Shown piece by piece: positions 50,001 to 61,290 of a stretch of 64,000 nt of DNA (position 1 is the stretch's first letter; each line of letters opens with the position of its first letter). The stretch lies in assembly GCA_964016885.1 (NCBI GenBank), contig OZ024764.1:18600001-18664000 (forward strand), read 5' to 3'. The notes under the pieces were generated by a model. It saw nothing but the letters and a program-made list of their open reading frames with translations, was not told where the DNA came from and made no database searches. This DNA comes from Eledone cirrhosa (taxonomy: Eukaryota). Both the position numbers and the translations under genes were made by a program.

Positions 50001-53000
50001 TCCACACTGTAAAGTGGTCATGTAGGTGTCACAACAAAAAGTACCCAGTCCACACTGTAATGTGGTCATGTAGGTGTCACAAGAAAAAGTACTCAGTCCA
50101 CACTGTAAAGTGGTCATGTAGGTGTCATAACAAAAAGTACCCAGTCCACACTGTAAAGTGGTTATGTAGGTGTCATAACAAAAAGTACCCAGTCCACACT
50201 GTAAAGTGGTTATGTAGGTGTCATAACCAAAAGTACCCAGTCCACACTGTAAAGTGGTCATGTAGGTGTCACAACAAAAAGTACCCAGTCCACACTGTCA
50301 AGTGGTCATGTAGGTGTCACAACAAAAAGTACCTAGTCCACACTGTAAAGTGGTCATGTAGCTGTCACAACAAAAAGTACCCAGTCCACACTGTAATGTG
50401 GTCATGCAGGTTTCACAACAAAAAGTACCCAGTCCACACTGTAATGTGGTCATATAGGTCTCACAACAAAAAGTACCCAGTCCACACTGTAAAGTGGTCA
50501 TGTAGGTGTCACAACAAAAAGTACCCAGTCCACACTTTAAAGTGGACATGTAGGTGTCATGACAAAAAGTACCCAGTCCACATTGTAAAGTGGTCATGTA
50601 GGTGTCACAACAAAAAGTACCCAGTCCACACTGTAAAGTGGTCATGTAGGTGTCACAACAAAAAGTACCCAGTCCACACTGTAAAGTGGTCATGTAGGTG
50701 TCACAACAAAAAGTACCCAGTCCACCCTGTAAAGTGGTCATATATGTATCACAACAAAAAGTACCCAGTCCACCCTGTAAAGTGGTCATGTATGTGTCAC
50801 AACAAAAAGTACCCAGTCCACACTGTAAAGTGGTCATGTATGTGTCACAACAAAAAGTACCCAGTCCACACTTTAAAGTCATATAGGTGTCACAACAAAA
50901 ATTACCCAGTCCACACTGTAATGTGGTCATGCAGGTTTCACACCAAAAAGTACCCAGTCCACACTGTAATGTGGTCATATAGGTGTCACAACAAAAAGTA
51001 CCCAGTCCACACTGTAAAGTGGTCATGTAGGTGTCAACAAAAAGTACCCAGTCCACACTGTAATGTGGTCATGCAGGTTTCACAACAAAAAGTACCCAGT
51101 CCACACTGTAATGTGGTCATATAGGTGTCACAACAAAAAGTACCCAGTCCACACTGTAAAGTGGTCATGTAGGTGTCACAACAAAAAGTACCCAGTCCAC
51201 ACTTTAAAGTGGACATGTAGGTGTCATGACAAAAAGTACCCAGTCCACATTGTAAAGTGGTCATGTAGGTGTCACAACAAAAAGTACCCAGTCCACACTG
51301 TAAAGTGGTCATGTAGGTGTCACAACAAAAAGTACCCAGTCCACACTGTAAAGTAGTCATGTAGGTGTAACAACAAAAAGTACCCAGTCCACACTGTAAA
51401 GTGGTCATGTAGGTGTCACAACAAAATATACCCAGTCCACACTGTAAAGTGGTCATGTAGGTGTCACAACAAAAAGTACCCAGTCCACACTGTAAAGTGG
51501 TCATGTAGGTGTCACAACAAAAAGTACCCAGTCCACCCTGTAAAGTGGTCATATATGTGTCACAACAAAAAGTACCCAGTCCACCCTGTAAAGTGGTCAT
51601 GTAGGTGTCACGACAAAAAGTACCCAGTCCACACTGTAAAGTGGTCATGTAGGTGTCACAACAAAAAGTACCCAGTCCACACTGTAAAGTGGTCATGTAG
51701 GTGTCATGACAAAAAGTACCCAGTCCACCTCTGTAAAGTGGTCATGTAGGTTTCACAACAAAAAGTACCCAGTCCACACTGTAATGTGGTCATGTAGGTG
51801 TCACAACAAACAGCACCCAGTCCACACTGTAAAGCTGTCATGTAGGTATCATGACAAAAAGTACCCAGTCCACACTGTAAAGTGGTCATGTAGGTGTCAC
51901 GACAAAACGTACCCAGTCCACACTGTAAAGTGGTCATGTAGGTGTCACAACAAACAGCACCCAGTCCACACTGTAAAGTGGTCATGTAGGTGTCACAATA
52001 AAAAGTACCTAGTCCACACTGTAAAGTGGTCATGTAGGTGTCACAACAAAAAGTACCCAGTCCACACTGTAATGTGGTCATGTAGGTGTCACAAGAAAAA
52101 GTACTCAGTCCACACTGTAAAGTGGTCATGTAGGTGTCATAACCAAAAGTACCCAGTCCACACTGTAAAGTGGTCATGTAGGTGTCACAACAAAAAGTAC
52201 CCAGTCCACACTGTCAAGTGGTCATGTAGGTGTCACAACAAAAAGTACCTAGTCCACACTGTAAAGTGGTCATGTAGCTGTCGCAACAAAAAGTACCCAG
52301 TCCACACTGTAATGTGGTCATGCAGGTTTCACAACAAAAAGTACCCAGTCCACACTGTAATGTGGTCATATAGGTGTCACAACAAAAAGTACCCAGTCCA
52401 CACTGTAAAGTGGTCATGTAGGTGTCACAACAAAAAGTACCCAGTCCACACTTTAAAGTGGACATGTAGGTGTCATGACAAAAAGTACCCAGTCCACATT
52501 GTAAAGTGGTCATGTAGGTGTCACAACAAAAAGTACCCAGTCCACACTGTAAAGTGGTCATGTAGGTGTCACAACAAAAAGTACCCAGTCCACACTGTAA
52601 AGTAGTCATGTAGGTGTAACAACAAAAAGTACCCAGTCCACACTGTAAAGTGGTCATGTAGGTGTCACAACAAAATATACCCAGTCCACACTGTAAAGTG
52701 CTCATGTAGGTGTCACAACAAAAAGTACCCAGTCCACACTGTAAAGTGGTCATGTAGGTGTCACAACAAAAAGTACCCAGTCCACCCTGTAAAGTGGTCA
52801 TATATGTGTCACAACAAAAAGTACCCAGTCCACCCTGTAAAGTGGTCATGTAGGTGTCACGACAAAAAGTACCCAGTCCACACTGTAAAGTGGTCATGTA
52901 GGTGTCACAACAAAAAGTACCCAGTCCACCCTGTAAAGTGGTCATATAGGTTTCACAACAAAAAGTACCCAGTCCACCCTGTAAAGTGGTCATGTATGTG

Positions 53001-55320
53001 TCACAACAAAAAGTACCCAGTCCACACTGTAAAGTGGTCATGTATGTGTCACAACAAAAAGTACCCAGTCCACACTTTAAAGTGGTCATGTAGGTGTCAC
53101 AACAAAAAGTACCCAGTCCACACTGTAAAGTGGACATGTAGGTGTCATGACAAAAAGTACCTAGTCCACACTGTAAAGTGGTCATGTAGGTGTCACAACA
53201 AAAAGTAACCAGTCCACACTGTAAAGTGGTCATGTAGGTGTCACAACAAAAAGTACCCAGTCCACACTGTAAAGTGGTCAAGTAGGTGTCACAACAATAA
53301 GTACCCAGTCCACACTGTGAAGTGGACATGTAGGTGTCATGACAACAAGTACCCAGTCCACACTGTAAAGTGGTTATGTAGGTGTCACAACAAAAACACC
53401 CAGTCCACACTGTAAAGTGGTCATGTAGGTGTCACAACAAAAAGTACCCAGTCCACACTGTAAAGTGGTCATGTAGGTGTCACAACAAAAAGTACCCAGT
53501 CCACCCTGTAAAGTGGTCATATATGTATCACAACAAAAAGTACCCAGTCCACCCTGTAAAGTGGTCATGTATGTGTCACAACAAATAGTACCCAGTCCAC
53601 ACTGTAAAGTGGTCATGTATGTGTCACAACAAAAAGTACCCAGTCCACACTTTAAAGTGGTCATATAGGTGTCACAACAAAAATTACCCAGTCCACACTG
53701 TAATGTGGTCATGCAGGTTTCACAACAAAAAGTACCCAGTCCACACTGTAATGTGGTCATATAGGTGTCACAACAAAAAGTACCCAGTCCACACTGTAAA
53801 GTGGTCATGTAGGTGTCAACAAAAAGTACCCAGTCCACACTGTCAAGTGGTCATGTAGGTGTCACAACAAAAAGTACCTAGTCCACACTGTAAAGTGGTC
53901 ATGTAGCTGTCACAACAAAAAGTACCCAGTCCACACTGTAATGTGGTCATGCAGGTTTCACAACAAAAAGTACCCAGTCCACACTGTAATGTGGTCATAT
54001 AGGTGTCACAACAAAAAGTACCCAGTCCACACTGTAAAGTGGTTATGTAGGTCTCACAACAAAAAGTACCCAGTCCACACTGTAAAGTGGACATGTAGGT
54101 GTCATGACAAAAAGTACCCAGTCCACACTGTAAAGTGGTCATGTAGGTGTCACAACAAAAAGTACCCAGTCCACACTGTAAAGTGGTCATGTAGGTGTCA
54201 CAACAAAAAGTACCCAGTCCACACTGTAAAGTGGTCACGTAGGTGTCACAACAAAAAGTACCCACTCCACACTGTAAAGTGGTCATGTAGGTATCATGAC
54301 AAAAAGTACCCAGTCCACACTGTAAAGTGGTCATGTAGGTGTCACAACAAACAACACACAGTCCACACTGTAAAGTGGTCATGTAGGTGTCACGACAAAA
54401 AGTACCCAGTCCGCCTCTGTAAAGTGGTCATGTAGGTTTCACAACAAAAAGTACCCAGTCCACACTGTAATGTGGTCATGTAGGTGTCACAACAAACAGC
54501 ACCCAGTCCACACTGTAAAGTGGTCATGTAGGTGTCACAACAAACAGCACCCAGTCCACACTGTAAAGTGGTCATGTAGGTATCATGACAAAAAGTACCC
54601 AGTCCACACTGTAAAGTGGTCATGTAGGTGTCACGACAAAACGTACCCAGTCCACACTGTAAAGTGGTCATGTAGGTGTCACAACAAAAAGTACCCAGTC
54701 CACACTGTAATGTGGTCATGTAGGTGTCACAAGAAAAAGTACTCAGTCCACACTGTAAAGTGGTCATGTAGGTGTCATAACAAAAAGTACCCAGTCCACA
54801 CTGTAAAGTGGTTATGTAGGTGTCATAACAAAAAGTACCCAGTCCACACTGTAAAGTGGTTATGTAGGTGTCATAACCAAAAGTACCCAGTCCACACTGT
54901 AAAGTGGTCATGTAGGTGTCACAACAAAAAGTACCCAGTCCACACTGTCAAGTGGTCATGTAGGTGTCACAACAAAAAGTACCTAGTCCACACTGTAAAG
55001 TGGTCATGTAGCTGTCACAACAAAAAGTACCCAGTCCACACTGTAATGTGGTCATGCAGGTTTCACAACAAAAAGTACCCAGTCCACACTGTAATGTGGT
55101 CATATAGGTCTCACAACAAAAAGTACCCAGTCCACACTGTAAAGTGGTCATGTAGGTGTCACAACAAAAAGTACCCAGTCCACACTTTAAAGTGGACATG
55201 TAGGTGTCATGACAAAAAGTACCCAGTCCACATTGTAAAGTGGTCATGTAGGTGTCACAACAAAAAGTACCCAGTCCACACTGTAAAGTGGTCATGTAGG
55301 TGTCACAACAAAAAGTACCC
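46000..55320. repeat. Near-perfect tandem duplication of 4650 bp (97 monomers - 6 nt)
   Basis: ORFs from 46048 to 50298 have counterparts 4650 bp downstream (e.g. 47054/51704, 47564/52214, 48724/53374, 49740/54390). Private variants CCGCCTCTG (49761/54411) and AAGTGCTCATG (about 48046/52696) are shared. Confidence 0.93.
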
Positions 55321-56199
55321 AGTCCACACTGTAAAGTAGTCATGTAGGTGTAACAACAAAAAGTACCCAGTCCACACTGTAAAGTGGTCATGTAGGTGTC
55401 ACAACAAAATATACCCAGTCCACACTGTAAAGTGGTCATGTAGGTGTCACAACAAAAAGTACCCAGTCCACACTGTAAAGTGGTCATGTAGGTGTCACAA
55501 CAAAAAGTACCCAGTCCACCCTGTAAAGTGGTTATGTAGGTGTCACAACAAAAACACCCAGTCCACACTGTAAAGTGGTCATGTAGGTGTCACAACAAAA
55601 AGTACCCAGTCCACACTGTAAAGTGGTCATGTAGGTGTCACAACAAAAAGTACCCAGTCCACCCTGTAAAGTGGTCATATATGTATCACAACAAAAAGTA
55701 CCCAGTCCACCCTGTAAAGTGGTCATGTATGTGTCACAACAAAAAGTACCCAGTCCACACTGTAAAGTGGTCATGTATGTGTCACAACAAAAAGTACCCA
55801 GTCCACACTTTAAAGTCATATAGGTGTCACAACAAAAATTACCCAGTCCACACTGTAATGTGGTCATGCAGGTTTCACACCAAAAAGTACCCAGTCCACA
55901 CTGTAATGTGGTCATATAGGTGTCACAACAAAAAGTACCCAGTCCACACTGTAAAGTGGTCATGTAGGTGTCACAACAAAAAGTACCCAGTCCACACTTT
56001 AAAGTGGACATGTAGGTGTCATGACAAAAAGTACCCAGTCCACATTGTAAAGTGGTCATGTAGGTGTCACAACAAAAAGTACCCAGTCCACACTGTAAAG
56101 TGGTCATGTAGGTGTCACAACAAAAAGTACCCAGTCCACACTGTAAAGTAGTCATGTAGGTATAACAACAAAAAGTACCCAGTCCACACTGTAAAGTGG

Positions 56200-59100
56200 T
56201 CATGTAGGTGTCACAACAAAATATACCCAGTCCACACTGTAAAGTGGTCATGTAGGTGTCACAACAAAAAGTACCCAGTCCACCCTGTAAAGTGGTCATA
56301 TATGTGTCACAACAAAAAGTACCCAGTCCACCCTGTAAAGTGGTCATGTAGGTGTCACGACAAAAAGTACCCAGTCCACACTGTAAAGTGGTCATGTAGG
56401 TGTCACAGCAAAAAGTACCCAGTCCACCCTGTAAAGTGGTCATATAGGTTTCACAACAAAAAGTACCCAGTCCACCCTGTAAAGTGGTCATGTATGTGTC
56501 ACAACAAAAAGTACCCAGTCCACACTGTAAAGTGGTCATGTATGTGTCACAACAAAAAGTACCCAGTCCACACTTTAAAGTGGTCATGTAGGTGTCACAA
56601 CAAAAAGTACCCAGTCCACACTGTAATGTGGTCATGCAGGTTTCACACCAAAAAGTACCCAGTCCACACTGTAATGTGGTCATATAGGTGTCACAACAAA
56701 AAGTACCCAGTCCACACTGTAAAGTGGTCATGTAGGTGTCACAACAAAAAGTACCCAGTCCACACTGTAAAGTGGACATGTAGGTGTCATGACAAAAAGT
56801 ACCCAGTCCACACTGTAAAGTGGTCATGTAGGTGTCACAACAAAAAGTAACCAGTCCACACTGTAAAGTGGTCATGTAGGTGTCACAACAAAAAGTACCC
56901 AGTCCACACTGTAAAGTGGTCAAGTAGGTGTCACAACAATAAGTACCCAGTCCACACTGTAAAGTGGACATGTAGGTGTCATGACAAAAAGTACCCAGTC
57001 CACACTGTAAATTGGTTATGTAGGTGTCACAACAAAAACACCCAGTCCACACTGTAAAGTGGTCATGTAGGTGTCACAACAAAAAGTACCCAGTCCACAC
57101 TGTAAAGTGGTCATGTAGGTGTCACAACAAAAAGTACCCAGTCCACCCTGTAAAGTGGTCATATATGTATCACAACAAAAAGTACCCAGTCCACCCTGTA
57201 AAGTGGTCATGTATGTGTCACAACAAATAGTACCCAGTCCACACTGTAAAGTGGTCATGTATGTGTCACAACAAAAAGTACCCAGTCCACACTTTAAAGT
57301 GGTCATATAGGTGTCACAACAAAAATTACCCAGTCCACACTGTAATGTGGTCATGCAGGTTTCACACCAAAAAGTACCCAGTCCACACTGTAATGTGGTC
57401 ATATAGGTGTCACAACAAAAAGTACCCAGTCCACACTGTAAAGTGGTCATGTAGGTGTCAACAAAAAGTACCCAGTCCACACTGTCAAGTGGTCATGTAG
57501 GTGTCACAACAAAAAGTACCTAGTCCACACTGTAAAGTGGTCATGTAGCTGTCACAACAAAAAGTACCCAGTCCACACTGTAATGTGGTCATGCAGGTTT
57601 CACAACAAAAAGTACCCAGTCCACACTGTAATGTGGTCATATAGGTGTCACAACAAAAAGTACCCAGTCCACACTGTAAAGTGGTTATGTAGGTCTCACA
57701 ACAAAAAGTACCCAGTCCACACTGTAAAGTGGACATGTAGGTGTCATGACAAAAAGTACCCAGTCCACACTGTAAAGTGGTCATGTAGGTGTCACAACAA
57801 AAAGTACCCAGTCCACACTGTAAAGTGGTCATGTAGGTGTCACAACAAAAAGTACCCAGTCCACACTGTAAAGTGGTCACGTAGGTGTCACAACAAAAAG
57901 TACCCACTCCACACTGTAAAGTGGTCATGTAGGTATCATGACAAAAAGTACCCAGTCCACACTGTAAAGTGGTCATGTAGGTGTCACAACAAACAACACA
58001 CAGTCCACACTGTAAAGTGGTCATGTAGGTGTCACGACACAAAGTACCCAGTCCACCTCTGTAAAGTGGTCATGTAGGTTTCACAACAAAAAGTACCCAG
58101 TCCACACTGTAATGTGGTCATGTAGGTGTCACAACAAACAGCACCCAGTCCACACTGTAAAGTGGTCATGTAGGTGTCACAACAAACAGCACCCAGTCCA
58201 CACTGTAAAGTGGTCATGTAGGTATCATGACAAAAAGTACCCAGTCCACACTGTAAAGTGGTCATGTAGGTGTCACGACAAAACGTACCCAGTCCACACT
58301 GTAAAGTGGTCATGTAGGTGTCACAACAAAAAGTACCCAGTCCACACTGTAATGTGGTCATGTAGGTGTCACAAGAAAAAGTACTCAGTCCACACTGTAA
58401 AGTGGTCATGTAGGTGTCATAACAAAAAGTACCCAGTCCACACTGTAAAGTGGTTATGTAGGTGTCATAACAAAAAGTACCCAGTCCACACTGTAAAGTG
58501 GTTATGTAGGTGTCATAACCAAAAGTACCCAGTCCACACTGTAAAGTGGTCATGTAGGTGTCACAACAAAAAGTACCCAGTCCACACTGTCAAGTGGTCA
58601 TGTAGGTGTCACAACAAAAAGTACCTAGTCCACACTGTAAAGTGGTCATGTAGCTGTCACAACAAAAAGTACCCAGTCCACACTGTAATGTGGTCATGCA
58701 GGTTTCACAACAAAAAGTACCCAGTCCACACTGTAAAGTGGTCATGTAGGTGTCACAACAAAATATACCCAGTCCACACTGTAAAGTGGTCATGTAGGTG
58801 TCACAACAAAAAGTACCCAGTCCACCCTGTAAAGTGGTCATATATGTGTCACAACAAAAAGTACCCAGTCCACCCTGTAAAGTGGTCATGTAGGTGTCAC
58901 GACAAAAAGTACCCAGTCCACACTGTAAAGTGGTCATGTAGGTGTCACAGCAAAAAGTACCCAGTCCACCCTGTAAAGTGGTCATATAGGTTTCACAACA
59001 AAAAGTACCCAGTCCACCCTGTAAAGTGGTCATGTATGTGTCACAACAAAAAGTACCCAGTCCACACTGTAAAGTGGTCATGTATGTGTCACAACAAAAA

Positions 59101-61290
59101 GTACCCAGTCCACACTTTAAAGTGGTCATGTAGGTGTCACAACAAAAAGTACCCAGTCCACACTGTAATGTGGTCATGCAGGTTTCACACCAAAAAGTAC
59201 CCAGTCCACACTGTAATGTGGTCATATAGGTGTCACAACAAAAAGTACCCAGTCCACACTGTAAAGTGGTCATGTAGGTGTCACAACAAAAAGTACCCAG
59301 TCCACACTGTAAAGTGGACATGTAGGTGTCATGACAAAAAGTACCCAGTCCACACTGTAAAGTGGTCATGTAGGTGTCACAACAAAAAGTAACCAGTCCA
59401 CACTGTAAAGTGGTCATGTAGGTGTCACAACAAAAAGTACCCAGTCCACACTGTAAAGTGGTCAAGTAGGTGTCACAACAATAAGTACCCAGTCCACACT
59501 GTAAAGTGGACATGTAGGTGTCATGACAAAAAGTACCCAGTCCACACTGTAAATTGGTTATGTAGGTGTCACAACAAAAACACCCAGTCCACACTGTAAA
59601 GTGGTCATGTAGGTGTCACAACAAAAAGTACCCAGTCCACACTGTAAAGTGGTCATGTAGGTGTCACAACAAAAAGTACCCAGTCCACCCTGTAAAGTGG
59701 TCATATATGTATCACAACAAAAAGTACCCAGTCCACCCTGTAAAGTGGTCATGTATGTGTCACAACAAATAGTACCCAGTCCACACTGTAAAGTGGTCAT
59801 GTATGTGTCACAACAAAAAGTACCCAGTCCACACTTTAAAGTGGTCATATAGGTGTCACAACAAAAATTACCCAGTCCACACTGTAATGTGGTCATGCAG
59901 GTTTCACACCAAAAAGTACCCAGTCCACACTGTAATGTGGTCATATAGGTGTCACAACAAAAAGTACCCAGTCCACACTGTAAAGTGGTCATGTAGGTGT
60001 CAACAAAAAGTACCCAGTCCACACTGTCAAGTGGTCATGTAGGTGTCACAACAAAAAGTACCTAGTCCACACTGTAAAGTGGTCATGTAGCTGTCACAAC
60101 AAAAAGTACCCAGTCCACACTGTAATGTGGTCATGCAGGTTTCACAACAAAAAGTACCCAGTCCACACTGTAATGTGGTCATATAGGTGTCACAACAAAA
60201 AGTACCCAGTCCACACTGTAAAGTGGTTATGTAGGTCTCACAACAAAAAGTACCCAGTCCACACTGTAAAGTGGACATGTAGGTGTCATGACAAAAAGTA
60301 CCCAGTCCACACTGTAAAGTGGTCATGTAGGTGTCACAACAAAAAGTACCCAGTCCACACTGTAAAGTGGTCATGTAGGTGTCACAACAAAAAGTACCCA
60401 GTCCACACTGTAAAGTGGTCACGTAGGTGTCACAACAAAAAGTACCCACTCCACACTGTAAAGTGGTCATGTAGGTATCATGACAAAAAGTACCCAGTCC
60501 ACACTGTAAAGTGGTCATGTAGGTGTCACAACAAACAACACACAGTCCACACTGTAAAGTGGTCATGTAGGTGTCACGACACAAAGTACCCAGTCCACCT
60601 CTGTAAAGTGGTCATGTAGGTTTCACAACAAAAAGTACCCAGTCCACACTGTAATGTGGTCATGTAGGTGTCACAACAAACAGCACCCAGTCCACACTGT
60701 AAAGTGGTCATGTAGGTGTCACAACAAACAGCACCCAGTCCACACTGTAAAGTGGTCATGTAGGTATCATGACAAAAAGTACCCAGTCCACACTGTAAAG
60801 TGGTCATGTAGGTGTCACGACAAAACGTACCCAGTCCACACTGTAAAGTGGTCATGTAGGTGTCACAACAAAAAGTACCCAGTCCACACTGTAATGTGGT
60901 CATGTAGGTGTCACAAGAAAAAGTACTCAGTCCACACTGTAAAGTGGTCATGTAGGTGTCATAACAAAAAGTACCCAGTCCACACTGTAAAGTGGTTATG
61001 TAGGTGTCATAACAAAAAGTACCCAGTCCACACTGTAAAGTGGTTATGTAGGTGTCATAACCAAAAGTACCCAGTCCACACTGTAAAGTGGTCATGTAGG
61101 TGTCACAACAAAAAGTACCCAGTCCACACTGTCAAGTGGTCATGTAGGTGTCACAACAAAAAGTACCTAGTCCACACTGTAAAGTGGTCATGTAGCTGTC
61201 ACAACAAAAAGTACCCAGTCCACACTGTAATGTGGTCATGCAGGTTTCACAACAAAAAGTACCCAGTCCACACTGTAAAGTGGTCATGTA
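56200..61290. repeat. Near-perfect tandem duplication of 2542 bp (53 monomers - 2 nt)
   Basis: ORFs 57016/59558, 57485/60027 and 58032/60574; shared variants CACAGCAAAAAG (56404/58946) and CACGACACAAAG (58033/60575). Confidence 0.92.
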
